Assembly: GCA_963851445.1 (NCBI GenBank)
Contig: CAWKPH010000001.1
Span: 61,813 to 125,812, forward strand
Direction: 5' to 3'
Source: an uncultured bacterium
Lineage (GTDB): Bacteria; Patescibacteriota; Minisyncoccia; Phycocordibacterales; Phycocordibacteraceae
Length of the DNA stretch: 64,000 nucleotides
Shown: positions 1 through 9,668 of the stretch, piece after piece
How the letters are laid out: each line of letters opens with the position of its first letter
How positions within the stretch are numbered: the first letter of the stretch is position 1
Notes under the pieces: generated by a model
Told to the model about the DNA's origin: nothing
Databases searched by the model: none
The model's input: the letters and a program-made list of their open reading frames with translations, nothing else
Program-made: the position numbers and the translations under genes

Positions 1-1570
1 TCACATTCGCAAGAATCTTTTGCTCAGTGTTATTGTCGACGCGCGCAGTGAAATCGTCGAGAAGGAGAATTCTTGGGTCTAGGGCCAGTGCGCGCGCGAG
101 CATGATGCGCTGTTTCTGTCCGCCTGAGAGTGAAGTCCCACGTTCGGAGACCACGGTATCAAGTCCGTCTGGTAAGTCTCCTATGAAATCGTGGAGTTCT
201 GCAGTGTCGATTGCCTTCTGCAGCTGTTCATCCGTGACCGTCGTACTAAAACCGATATTCTCGCGAAGCGTGAGATTAAAGATAATGCTGTCTTGGAAAA
301 CAAACCCTATCTGCTTGTACAAGCTCTCCTTCTGATAGGTTTGGAGCGGCTCATTATCGTATTCTATGAGACCTGCCGTGGGTTGTAGGAGTCCAGTAAG
401 AAGGTAGAGCAATTGCGTCTTCCCTGCTGCAGTTGGACCAATGATCGCATTCTTGGTCCTCGGTTTTATCTCAAACGATACATCTTTAAGCGCGTGACGT
501 CCTCCATAGTTGAGCGACAAATTCTTTACTTCGATAGCTCCCAGTAGTTTTGAGATGTTAGTGCCTGTATCTTGAGGGTCTTCACGATTCATCACTTCCA
601 TGACTCGTCCGTACGAAGCACTAGCCTGCGCGATCACGTTACTCATAAACCCAATAACAAGGATCGGGAAAATGAGAATAACGAGGTAATTATTGAAGGC
701 GGTAAAATCGCCAAGCGTCATCGAACCATGAATCACGTAGTATCCACCGAGAAAGAGAATGAGAAGTGTTGCGAAGTTCGTAACGAATGTGATTGTTGGG
801 ATGAGTAACGAGAAATATCCAATAATCTGGAGTCCAATTGAGCGCGATGCGCCTGAGGCTTGAACGAACTTGTCATACTCAGTCTCCTGAGAATTAAAAA
901 GACGTATGAGTGCCGCGCCCCAAATACTTTCACTAATGACTTTGTTGAGCCAATCAATAATCTCCTGAGATTTACGAAAAAGTTTGCGCACTCTGCCAAG
1001 GACGACATAAAAGGTAACCGCGATGAATGGGAGCGTCGCAATGACAGCTAGTGCAAGACGCCAATCAAGAAGAAGGAGAAGTGTACACGAACCAATGATG
1101 AGGAATATCGATGAGATGATCGAAGCAATCGCCTGGGAGATGAATGTTTTGACCGCATCAATGTCTGACGTGAGGTTCGTGAGAAGTCGCGCAGGGGTAA
1201 TGTGTTCGATGGTCGAGTATTCCTGTACGCTTATCTTTGCAGCGAGATGATTACGCAAGTCACGTGCGACCGTTTCTGAGGCGAGTGTTTGTACAACCGA
1301 TTGCAAGAACGTGAATATGAAGATGGCAAACGCAACGACCGTAAATTCAAGAATTACTTTTGAAATCAGTAGATGTTTCGCGGTATATGCATCGATCGCA
1401 TGTGCGGTGATCTCAGGAACAATGAGGTTAAAGCCATTTGCGAATATCGTAAGGACAGTCAACAACAGTACCCAGCCCCAATACGGCTCAAGGAGCTTTA
1501 CGAGACTACCATTATCTTTTGACAGCCACGCAGATCGTGCTGGCTGTGTATCGGGTCGGGAGGATGCCAT
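1..1570 (-). CDS. ABC transporter permease/ATP-binding protein (MsbA-like exporter), C-terminus truncated by window edge
   Basis: Reverse-strand translation from ATG at 1570 gives an N-terminal 6-TM domain followed by Walker A (GPTAAGKT), ABC signature LSGGQKQRIMLARAL and Walker B ILLLDD. Runs off the window, so not in the ORF track. Confidence 0.8.
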   Translation of the reverse strand, partial: MASSRPDTQPARSAWLSKDNGSLVKLLEPYWGWVLLLTVLTIFANGFNLIVPEITAHAIDAYTAKHLLISKVILEFTVVAFAIFIFTFLQSVVQTLASETVARDLRNHLAAKISVQEYSTIEHITPARLLTNLTSDIDAVKTFISQAIASIISSIFLIIGSCTLLLLLDWRLALAVIATLPFIAVTFYVVLGRVRKLFRKSQEIIDWLNKVISESIWGAALIRLFNSQETEYDKFVQASGASRSIGLQIIGYFSLLIPTITFVTNFATLLILFLGGYYVIHGSMTLGDFTAFNNYLVILIFPILVIGFMSNVIAQASASYGRVMEVMNREDPQDTGTNISKLLGAIEVKNLSLNYGGRHALKDVSFEIKPRTKNAIIGPTAAGKTQLLYLLTGLLQPTAGLIEYDNEPLQTYQKESLYKQIGFVFQDSIIFNLTLRENIGFSTTVTDEQLQKAIDTAELHDFIGDLPDGLDTVVSERGTSLSGGQKQRIMLARALALDPRILLLDDFTARVDNNTEQKILANV

Positions 1571-1615
1571 ATTAATTGTTTATCATGTCATTTTGCATAG
1601 TATGTGTTCCTCGAA

Positions 1616-3148
1616 TTATTCGGCAAGCATTTTGTGTGCCTCTTCTGCTGAAAGTTGGCGCTCGGGAACAACAATGAGGAACGAGAAAATTGCTCCTACA
1701 AGAAGAAATATCGCTGCGACCGTGTAAATATAGGCGTATGCATCGACCTGTGCCTTGAATTCGATGAGACCGATAAACGTTGCTAAGTTCTGGGGAGTGT
1801 TCACATACAGTTTACTCAAACTTGCGATTTGAAGTACATTCACTTTCTCGCGCCACTCCAGAAGCGTACTGAATAGAGCGATTCCGAATGCGCCTGAAAT
1901 GTTTCGTACGAGTGCGAGTACACTCGATGCGACGCCAATCTCTGATGCTGGCACCGCAACAGCGATCGCATTTGTACGTTGTGCCATGCCAAATCCGAGT
2001 CCTGTAGCCATAATAAAAAGAGGTATCATGACATCAACAGAAGTCGAACGCACATCAAGAAATGAGAACAAGTATATGCCAAAGGCGGCAACAAGCGTGG
2101 ATGCACCAATTACAATTCCAGGTTTCACTCTTCCAACAAGCGCTGCACCAAAGGGTGCAGCACCCATAAGTCCGATTGCCATCGGGATAAAAAGATAGCC
2201 GGACTGCGTGGCACTGTCGCCAAGAAAAGTCTGCGCGAAAATCGGTACGAGGAAAATGCTGCCCATGAGTCCCATGAATACTATGAAATTGTTAGAAAGC
2301 ACGTTTACGAAGACTGCATTCTTAAAGAATTTTAGGTCCACAATCGGCTCGGGGTGGTGCTGCTCAATGAGAATGAATATAAAAGTAAAAGCGATTGTTA
2401 CGATGTAGGTGATAATGCTGTAGGCTGAGAGCCAACCCCAACTTGTTCCTTGATCAAGCACGAGCACAAGTGCGGCAAGCGCAATACCCAGCGTTGCCGC
2501 GCCGAACCAATCGAATTTCACAACGCGCTCGGGTAACTTCGATTCTTTGACATAGGTGAGCGCCATGAAAGTACCGATGATACCAATAGGAATATTCACG
2601 AGGAACACCGACCTCCAGCCGAAGTTGTCGATCAAGGGGCCCCCGATCAAGGGGCCAAATACTGCGGCGGCACCGAATACGGACGACCAAATGCCGAGTG
2701 CCTGCGCTCGGTCTTTTGGTTTTGGAAACGTGACCGTGATAATGGCCATCGCCGTTGGATAGTCCGCAGAACCTGCGATGGCTTGAATGATACGAAATAC
2801 GATAAGTGACGGGAGGTTCCAGGCAAGACCTGCCAGAGCCGAACCAATAATGAAAACGACGAAGCCAATGAGGTATACCTTTTTGCGACCGATGGTATCA
2901 CCGAGCTTGCCCCAAATTGGCACAAAAACCGCGTTGGCCAAGATGTAGGCGGTGCCGATCCAGCCCGCTGCAGTAACGGTAATATGAAAATCTGTGATGA
3001 CTTTCGGAAGTGCGAGGTTCACGATCGTCTGATCCAGACGACCAAGGAATGTGCCGACGATGACCGTTATGAGGACCATCCATTTGAGATTGTCCTCACT
3101 AGACTTCACCGCTGGTTGTGCTCCATATGTAGCAGTCGCTGTCGCCAT
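1616..3148 (-). CDS. MFS transporter, DHA2 (EmrB/QacA) drug:H+ antiporter family, about 14 TM
   Basis: 510 aa ORF with the MFS motif GKLGDTIGRKK, many TM helices and DHA2-like length. Confidence 0.85.
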   Translation of the reverse strand: MATATATYGAQPAVKSSEDNLKWMVLITVIVGTFLGRLDQTIVNLALPKVITDFHITVTAAGWIGTAYILANAVFVPIWGKLGDTIGRKKVYLIGFVVFIIGSALAGLAWNLPSLIVFRIIQAIAGSADYPTAMAIITVTFPKPKDRAQALGIWSSVFGAAAVFGPLIGGPLIDNFGWRSVFLVNIPIGIIGTFMALTYVKESKLPERVVKFDWFGAATLGIALAALVLVLDQGTSWGWLSAYSIITYIVTIAFTFIFILIEQHHPEPIVDLKFFKNAVFVNVLSNNFIVFMGLMGSIFLVPIFAQTFLGDSATQSGYLFIPMAIGLMGAAPFGAALVGRVKPGIVIGASTLVAAFGIYLFSFLDVRSTSVDVMIPLFIMATGLGFGMAQRTNAIAVAVPASEIGVASSVLALVRNISGAFGIALFSTLLEWREKVNVLQIASLSKLYVNTPQNLATFIGLIEFKAQVDAYAYIYTVAAIFLLVGAIFSFLIVVPERQLSAEEAHKMLAE

Positions 3149-3150
3149 TA

Positions 3151-3813
3151 TTATTTTTTATATACCCAGATTTTTGCACTCATGCCGTTTCTCAGTTGTG
3201 GATATTTAGCGAGATCATAGGCAACTAACACATCAAATTTCTGCTCCTCGCGCTGATCAGAGACAGAAAATACTACATCGGAAGCAACATCGGTAGGACT
3301 TACTTCGCTCACTACCCCCTCGAATGTCTGGCCGGGATAAGCATCGACCGTAAACGTCGCACGGTCCCCAACCGCTACGTCGGCGAGTCCTTTGTCTTCC
3401 TCGAGCTGGCCATCGATACGCAATTGCGTTGGATCGATCATTGTGACAACCGGAGTTCCCGCACTTACTTGGCTACCTATATCGGTGTCCGTGGAAATTA
3501 CAAGGCCGCCGATAGTAGAGGTGATGAGTTGTGTGCCAACCTGGGCTACAACCGTATTTGGCTCGATAGTGTCTCCTACTGAAACGTATACTTGCTGCAA
3601 TGTTCCATCTGCATCGGCTGAAAGAGGAATTGACGGCGCTTCGACTGTTGAATTCTCTATATATACGCGCTGACCGGAAACAAGTAAATAGGCAATCGCA
3701 GCGATACCTCCGCCTATTACGATAATGATTGCTGCCGCTACCATGAGTGGCGCCCGGCTTTTTGAAGTCGTTTCCTCGTTTTCTCCCTGTTTTGTCTTTT
3801 TTTGATCAACCAT
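3151..3813 (-). CDS. HlyD-family secretion/efflux adaptor protein (EmrA-like, short)
   Basis: 220 aa ORF with an N-terminal TM and biotin-lipoyl-like and beta-barrel segments. The 3-nt gap to the MFS gene suggests an operon. Confidence 0.65.
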   Translation of the reverse strand: MVDQKKTKQGENEETTSKSRAPLMVAAAIIIVIGGGIAAIAYLLVSGQRVYIENSTVEAPSIPLSADADGTLQQVYVSVGDTIEPNTVVAQVGTQLITSTIGGLVISTDTDIGSQVSAGTPVVTMIDPTQLRIDGQLEEDKGLADVAVGDRATFTVDAYPGQTFEGVVSEVSPTDVASDVVFSVSDQREEQKFDVLVAYDLAKYPQLRNGMSAKIWVYKK

Positions 3814-3839
3814 AAAAGAAATATTACGTTGACACTCGA

Positions 3840-5372
3840 TTATTGAGAACCGACTAGGGACACCTGGTCCCCCTGTGAAAGTCCCGACAACACTTCAACC
3901 GACGTGCTGTTTGATATACCAACGGTTATGGGCGTCTCAACAGGACCGCTCGCGGCCTCCTTGAGGACATAATTTTCGGTGCCGTTTGTGATGAGAGCGC
4001 TCTTGGGTATAAGAAGTACGTTATCGGCGCTCCCTGCATGAATGGTCGCGTTTGCATGCATACCGTTCGTAATCGCAGGGTCTGCGGTATTGAATACGAG
4101 AGTCACCTTGTATCCCTGAGTACCATCAGCCTGCGTCGTTGGCGAGGTATCAATGGCTGAAACAGTCGCAGGAAAGATGCGTCCAGTTCCGTATGCATCG
4201 AGAGTTATGTCGGTTGCGTCCCCTACCGTAAGCGACGGGATATCGTTCTCGGGCAAATACACCTCGACTTCAAAATTGCCGCTCGGAATGAGCGAGATAA
4301 TTGGCGTGGTCGCCGTAACTACATCGCCTGTATTAACAAACACACTTGCAATCGTTCCTGAAAACGGCGCAATGACTTGCTGCTGTTTTATCTGTGCCTC
4401 GATACCTGAGACCACCGCTTGCTGTGCTTCGATACTCTGAGTTGATGCTCCTGCGAGCGTTTGATTTAGCTGATCCTGCGCTGATTCCACCGCAAGTTGC
4501 TGTGTAGTTATCGATTGACCAGCAGCGGTGAGCGAGGTGATAAGGCTGTTGATCGTGTCACGACCGGCATTCACTTGTGCAAGGTCTGCCGATTCTTGTG
4601 ATTGCGTAAAAGTAGGGCTGACTGGCGTGTCATTGAGAGCGGTTACAAGATCATCGAATAATGTACGGATTTGTTCAAGATTAGTGATACTCTCATTTGT
4701 TTGTGTCTCTAGCTGACTGGGTGAAGGAGCAGCGGGGACTGCTGCAACTTGTTCCTGCCACGTGTTGAACAAACTTATGAGTGCGTAACGATCCTGGTCT
4801 ACCGTGATTCCATCTGACTGGTTCGTTGTGCTTAGCATGAATGAGGGGTTGTTCGGATTTGAAAAGTTAAAAAGAGGATCTGCACCCGTGTTCACCGCCT
4901 GTTGTGCTTGCGCGTACGTGCTCTCGAGCATTTGCGGGTAATTCGTGTAGGTATTCGTAAGCGTTTGTTGCGCCGAGGTCACTGCGGTCTGTTGCCCAGC
5001 AATATCGACACTTCGAGGACCCGATTCAAGCTGATTGAGGCTCGCCTCGGCCGCTTCAAGCTGCGCACCAAGAACACTGGTATCTAAGGAGGCAAGGAGT
5101 GTTCCTGCAGAAACCTTGTCGCCAACCTTTACGTCCAAGGAAGTGACCTGGCCCCCCGATTCGAAAGTGAGGGTTGGGTTTTGTACAGGAGTAACCATAC
5201 CAGTTGCGGTTATATCCTCAGTAATATCACCTTTCGTCACGGCGGCGTAAACCACCCTTGGCGGTGCTGACTCAATAAAATAGTAGGAAAGACCTCCGAG
5301 TATGATGACAACAACGACAGCGATCGCAACTTTCACAGGGGTAGTTTGAAGTAGTTCAGAAATAGAAGGCAT
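3840..5372 (-). CDS. Efflux periplasmic adaptor (membrane fusion protein) with long coiled-coil hairpin
   Basis: 510 aa ORF with an N-terminal TM, an extended Q/A/T-rich coiled coil, and lipoyl plus beta-barrel MFP architecture. Confidence 0.65.
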   Translation of the reverse strand: MPSISELLQTTPVKVAIAVVVVIILGGLSYYFIESAPPRVVYAAVTKGDITEDITATGMVTPVQNPTLTFESGGQVTSLDVKVGDKVSAGTLLASLDTSVLGAQLEAAEASLNQLESGPRSVDIAGQQTAVTSAQQTLTNTYTNYPQMLESTYAQAQQAVNTGADPLFNFSNPNNPSFMLSTTNQSDGITVDQDRYALISLFNTWQEQVAAVPAAPSPSQLETQTNESITNLEQIRTLFDDLVTALNDTPVSPTFTQSQESADLAQVNAGRDTINSLITSLTAAGQSITTQQLAVESAQDQLNQTLAGASTQSIEAQQAVVSGIEAQIKQQQVIAPFSGTIASVFVNTGDVVTATTPIISLIPSGNFEVEVYLPENDIPSLTVGDATDITLDAYGTGRIFPATVSAIDTSPTTQADGTQGYKVTLVFNTADPAITNGMHANATIHAGSADNVLLIPKSALITNGTENYVLKEAASGPVETPITVGISNSTSVEVLSGLSQGDQVSLVGSQ

Positions 5373-5412
5373 ACGGCGAATGAGGTAAGGCTAAATAATT
5401 CTTAAAAAAGAT

Positions 5413-5865
5413 TTATGTGGTACGAGTAATTACAGTAAGTATACGAGCTAGTTCGTGACAATCGCGATCAGATAACGAGGCCATAACTCGCGAGAAAGCA
5501 TGTTCACGCATCTTCATTGCTTGATCGAGGAGGTGTATGCCTTTCTTCGAGAGTATGAGGCGCACACGGCGGCGATCTTTTGGATCCTCGACGCGCTCAA
5601 TCATTCCTTCTTTGACGAAAGTATTGATGAGCGAGGTTGCCGTTGGTGGCGCTATCTTAAGATACTCAGCAACATCACTCATGGTAGGTGTACTTCGTTC
5701 CGCTATGAATCGAAGTGTTTCGATATGCAAGAACGTAGTTATAGGACAACCTTCACGAGTTATCTCGCTCTTGAGAAGTCGGCCCACCTCAAACATAAGC
5801 GGAAGTAGCTTCTTCTTGTTCAGCGTGCCGAGATTTCGGACTTTCCGTTGGATTGTTGCTTCCAT
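5413..5865 (-). CDS. MarR family transcriptional regulator
   Basis: 150 aa winged-HTH MarR-like ORF (…SDVAEYLKIAPPTATSLINTFVKEGMIERVEDPKDRRRVRL…) at the head of the efflux cluster. Confidence 0.85.
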   Translation of the reverse strand: MEATIQRKVRNLGTLNKKKLLPLMFEVGRLLKSEITREGCPITTFLHIETLRFIAERSTPTMSDVAEYLKIAPPTATSLINTFVKEGMIERVEDPKDRRRVRLILSKKGIHLLDQAMKMREHAFSRVMASLSDRDCHELARILTVITRTT

Positions 5866-5873
5866 GCGCTAAT

Positions 5874-5888
5874 AGTTAGCCTAACTAA
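5874..5888. promoter_or_regulatory. Perfect 7-1-7 inverted repeat TAGTTAG-C-CTAACTA, candidate MarR operator
   Basis: Palindrome lies 9 nt upstream of the MarR start codon (5865). Dyad operators are typical of MarR regulators. Confidence 0.4.
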
Positions 5889-5935
5889 CTATATATGAAG
5901 AGGCCCTGAAATGCAAGTGTATCCGCGGACTCGGC

Positions 5936-6487
5936 TCAACGAAATGTGTCGATATAGGCGGTAAATGCAGCGAGTGCAGAATCGATAAATGTGAGAGTGT
6001 CTTCATCGACAAGGTTACCCTCCGTATCGAATTTCTTCTGGGCCGAACCTAGATAAAATTCTGGTTGACCGGGAACCCGCGCGTTTAGATAGCCCAATAC
6101 CTGTTTCAAGGAGTACTGTGCTAAAGCTGTGCCGATATTGCCGCCCGATGCTCCAGTAACATATACCGGTTTCTCGTTCCACGCACTATCGCCATAGGGA
6201 CGTCCTGTCCAGTCAAGAGCATTCTTAAGCGGACCCGGTATTCCACGATTATATTCAGGTGTCGCGATGAGTACGCCGTCAGCTGATTTAATCTTATTCT
6301 TCAGGTTGGTAACTACTTGCGGAAAATCTGTTTCAAGATCCTGATCATAGAGGGCAAGGTTCCCTATCTCGAGTATTTCGATGGTAACTCCCTCAGGCGC
6401 CCTTTCTTTGAAGGTGCGAATGAGCGCAGAATTATATGAAGCTTTGCGAAGGCTGCCGGAAATGGCAACAAGGTTGTAGGTAGGCAT
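5936..6487 (-). CDS. NAD(P)H-dependent FMN reductase (flavodoxin-like fold)
   Basis: 183 aa ORF; N-terminus LVAISGSLRKASYNS and the GIPGPLKNALDW motif are typical of the family. Confidence 0.8.
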   Translation of the reverse strand: MPTYNLVAISGSLRKASYNSALIRTFKERAPEGVTIEILEIGNLALYDQDLETDFPQVVTNLKNKIKSADGVLIATPEYNRGIPGPLKNALDWTGRPYGDSAWNEKPVYVTGASGGNIGTALAQYSLKQVLGYLNARVPGQPEFYLGSAQKKFDTEGNLVDEDTLTFIDSALAAFTAYIDTFR

Positions 6488-6494
6488 ACCTCTT

Positions 6495-7157
6495 CTATAG
6501 CACAGGGCGTTCTATGGGTTCGCTGTGGATAGCGTTCTGATGATACACATCATGGTAAATGGGTATTGAAAGCGAGAACATAAGCCAGAATGCGCCGAGA
6601 AGGTAGCCCCCCACCACATCGCTTGTGTAATGATAGTTAAGCGCTAGCCGCGAGAATCCAATAAGAAGAATGAAACAAGCGGGAATGATAAGGGCAAGAT
6701 TCTTTCGAAGTCGTGAGGGAGCATGCACGTATAGAAGGAGGCCGATGAATCCATACAACACTACGCTTTCATTTGCATGACCACTTGGAAATGAATACGA
6801 AGTAATGGTAGGGAGCCACGGTAGAGTCTCAGGCCGTAGACGTTGGACTAAATCCTTTATGTATTCGGCAGAGACAGTTGCACCAAGTAAGGCGATCACA
6901 AGTCGCGCTATTATATCGGGACGATGTCTGTACAAAACAATAACAACAAGGAGACCGGCAACAACGCCTGTAAGACTTCCGAAGTCTGAAATTATGCTGA
7001 AGATATTCGACCAGAACGGCGTCTCTAGTGGGAGTATGAGTAGGTGTACAGAGGAATCGATACTCGTAAAAAAATCAGGGAACTTTACGAGCACGAGAGT
7101 GAAGAGCGCGAATGCAACTGCAAAAGCTATCGTGTAGTACGGGAAATATCGCCGCAT
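6495..7157 (-). CDS. PAP2 family phosphatase (phosphatidic acid phosphatase type 2)
   Basis: Carries the KDLVQRLRP, PSGH and SRLALNYHYTSDV motifs and is multi-TM. Confidence 0.8.
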   Translation of the reverse strand: MRRYFPYYTIAFAVAFALFTLVLVKFPDFFTSIDSSVHLLILPLETPFWSNIFSIISDFGSLTGVVAGLLVVIVLYRHRPDIIARLVIALLGATVSAEYIKDLVQRLRPETLPWLPTITSYSFPSGHANESVVLYGFIGLLLYVHAPSRLRKNLALIIPACFILLIGFSRLALNYHYTSDVVGGYLLGAFWLMFSLSIPIYHDVYHQNAIHSEPIERPVL

Positions 7158-7176
7158 CTATATAGCATACACGATG

Positions 7177-7874
7177 CTATTGAAGTTTTTGTTTGAAGAA
7201 GTCGAGAATAATCGGCCACGTGAGATCTGATGCTTCTTTGTCGTAACTTGGTCGATCATCAGTGAGATACGCGTGCTGTGCGCCACTAAACTCGACTTGA
7301 ATGTATTTCTTTCCTGCCGCGTCCATGGCTTTCGGAATCTGACTCCAGATATCACGCCCGAGACGCAAATCAGCACTCCCCCAAAAGAAGAGCATGGGGG
7401 CTGAGAGATTTGGAACACGATCAAGAAGGTCAGGTGCTATACCGCTGCCGTAGAGCGAAATAGCTGCCTTGAACGGTAATACGCTATTGGCTATATACGC
7501 AGAGCGACCGCCCATGCAAAAACCGATGATGCCAATGGCGCCTCCTACACCCGGTTGCGACGAAAGCCATTCATGGCTCGCTCGTGCGTCATTTTCAATT
7601 TCCTCATGTTTCAAGGCTTGTATAAGCGGCATGATTTCCTCAATGGGTGCATCCTGCTTTGCGAACCCTGGAGAAGTGCGGTAAAGAGTTCTGGCGCCAC
7701 TGCTAAATATCCCTCAGCAGCAATACGATCCGCAACGCGTTTTATATAGCCATTCACGCCAAACGCTTCTTGAAAGACGATTACACCTCCTCTTATATTC
7801 CCTTTTGGTCTTGATACATATGCCTGCATCTCACTTCCATCATTTACTTTAAGGGTCACGTAATTCTCTTGCAT
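7177..7874 (-). pseudogene. Dienelactone hydrolase family gene interrupted by a 1-nt indel (or sequencing error)
   Basis: ORFs 7611..7874 (N-terminal part, …APELF) and 7177..7632 (C-terminal part) are collinear with one DLH. Frame -1 continues …YRTSPGFAKQDAPIEEIMPLIQ…. The shift maps to a T3 run (+strand AAA, 7684-7686). Confidence 0.6.
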
Positions 7875-7944
7875 AGCATTATCCGTTACTTATTTCTTCC
7901 AAAATATCACCGCATTCATGAAGTGTCGATGAGCATGCAATTAC

Positions 7945-7984
7945 AAAACCCTACGCCCTTCGAGGCGTAGGGTTTTGTGTCTTT
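7945..7984. terminator. Rho-independent terminator hairpin (AAAACCCTACGCC-CTTCGAG-GCGTAGGGTTTT) with T-run
   Basis: Perfect 12-bp stem followed by a U-run, located downstream of the DsbA-like gene on the minus strand; the structure is symmetric. Confidence 0.55.
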
Positions 7985-7992
7985 ACTTCGAA

Positions 7993-8748
7993 CTATTTAT
8001 TCAACTGCGCGTCAATGAGTGCCGAAACTGTCTGATATGTCTGGGCTCCCTGGAGTAGGGTGGTGCCAATAAGCACACTTGGCGTGCCTTGGATACCATA
8101 GCTCTGTCCTTCAGAAAAATCAGCTTGAACCGTGTTGTCATACTGAGTTTTGTTTGCAGCAACCTCTGCCACAACTGAATTTACATTGATGCCGGGGATG
8201 GTAGCAAGAATCTTTTGAATCGCAGCAGCGTCGGCCCATCCGCCATTCTCTGTACCTTGTGAAGCATACATAGTCGTATACCAGGTGTAGAAATCTTGCG
8301 GATAGAGTGTCCAAACAGCGCGAGCATATTCAGAAGCAGTCTCTGAATCAGGGCCAATAAAATCGAAATCTTTGAAGACAATCTTCAATTTGTGAGTCTG
8401 CACGTAATTCGTGTAGAGCTGCGGCAAAACGGTTTGATCGAATTGTTTGCAGAACGGACATTGGTAGTCGAAGAAAAGCGCCATCGTTACAGGTGCATTC
8501 GCGTCTCCAATGTAGGGTTCGCCTGCAGTTTTTACGTTCGCGATATTAACCGCTACGGCTCCTGGAGTTGTACTTGTCGCCGTCGCTTGTGTGCCAGATG
8601 AGGAACGGTTTGTAAGACCAAAATAAATCGCTCCTGCCACAAGTACAAAGCCAATGAGAACGACTATGACAGTACCGTATCGGTCGAACCAAATGGGACT
8701 ATCGCTACCAATTGTTATGTGTTGAGAATTCTTTGTGTTTTCATCCAT
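7993..8748 (-). CDS. DsbA-family thiol:disulfide oxidoreductase (membrane-anchored, CPFC active site)
   Basis: 251 aa ORF with an N-terminal TM and a thioredoxin-fold CPFC motif (…FFDYQCPFCKQF…). Confidence 0.8.
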   Translation of the reverse strand: MDENTKNSQHITIGSDSPIWFDRYGTVIVVLIGFVLVAGAIYFGLTNRSSSGTQATATSTTPGAVAVNIANVKTAGEPYIGDANAPVTMALFFDYQCPFCKQFDQTVLPQLYTNYVQTHKLKIVFKDFDFIGPDSETASEYARAVWTLYPQDFYTWYTTMYASQGTENGGWADAAAIQKILATIPGINVNSVVAEVAANKTQYDNTVQADFSEGQSYGIQGTPSVLIGTTLLQGAQTYQTVSALIDAQLNK

Positions 8749-8759
8749 ATTTCCCTATA

Positions 8760-9248
8760 TTATCTGCTTTTCTTTGAGGATTTCTTAGCAACTTTCTTTT
8801 TGGGCGACGACTTCTTGGCGACCTTACGGCGAGAGGATCTGGTTGCAGTCTTCGCAGCTTTCTTCACCGCCTTACCGCTCTTGCCTGCTGCATCCTTAAG
8901 TTCTTTCTCGATCTCCTTCCAATTTTGCTTGAGCTCATGTGCAGCGAGCATAAGATCCTCGCGCTTCACGTTCCTCATACCTTCATACGACTTAGCAGCG
9001 CGGTCCACAATTAGCGCTATAGCTTTCTGGTCGAGCTTCCTGAGCACCTTCGCCTCTTTCACGACCTCCTTCTTCATGTGATCAGCCCATTTCGCGGCTT
9101 TTCTGCGATGTTTAGATGCATCACGTGATCCATAAAAATAATATCCTGCACCTGCCGCTGCAGCGGCTGCAAGTACACCTGCACCAATGCCTGCAGCCAT
9201 TTCACCGGTATGACCTTTCTTCCTAGCTGCTTTTTTCTTTTGAGCCAT
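8760..9248 (-). CDS. Hypothetical lysine-rich protein with one TM segment
   Basis: 162 aa ORF with a Gly/Ala-rich hydrophobic segment and a coiled, Lys/Ala-rich basic C-terminal tail (AKKAAKK-like). No family assigned. Confidence 0.4.
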   Translation of the reverse strand: MAQKKKAARKKGHTGEMAAGIGAGVLAAAAAAGAGYYFYGSRDASKHRRKAAKWADHMKKEVVKEAKVLRKLDQKAIALIVDRAAKSYEGMRNVKREDLMLAAHELKQNWKEIEKELKDAAGKSGKAVKKAAKTATRSSRRKVAKKSSPKKKVAKKSSKKSR

Positions 9249-9271
9249 AAAATAATAAATAGTGATAATTA

Positions 9272-9550
9272 TTAAGAACTACGTTTCTTATTTAGAATCC
9301 GTTTTCCAGCTTTTCCTGCAAATCCAAAGAGCGATAAAAGACCGAGTCTCCCATTCTTTATTCCCGCACGCGCTTCATCAAGATCTCCCTTGAGTGCGAG
9401 TGCTTCTTCCTCCACCGTGCCGGCGATTCGTTCTAGCGTCCGCACGAACTGAATGCTATAGAGCAACGCTACAATAATCAGTACGACGAGCAGAACGAAA
9501 CCAATCGATGCAATAACGAAGAAAATATCCATCATGAGGAACTGGTCCAT
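9272..9550 (-). CDS. Small membrane protein, DUF948/YtxH-like (N-terminal TM plus coiled coil)
   Basis: 92 aa ORF with an N-terminal TM helix then an amphipathic helix. The family assignment is tentative. Confidence 0.4.
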   Translation of the reverse strand: MDQFLMMDIFFVIASIGFVLLVVLIIVALLYSIQFVRTLERIAGTVEEEALALKGDLDEARAGIKNGRLGLLSLFGFAGKAGKRILNKKRSS

Positions 9551-9625
9551 ATATTTCCCACCCCCGTGGGTACCTTACTAGTGTAGTAACTAGGACGTGG
9601 TTTGCAAGTGCCCGGCGGGAACAAC

Positions 9626-9650
9626 AAAAAGCCCCAAACGGGGCTTTTTG
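9626..9650. terminator. Rho-independent terminator (GCCCCAAACGGGGC followed by TTTTT)
   Basis: GC hairpin flanked by A-run and T-run, downstream of the DEAD-box helicase gene. Confidence 0.55.
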
Positions 9651-9668
9651 AAACATCGGTGCGAATAA

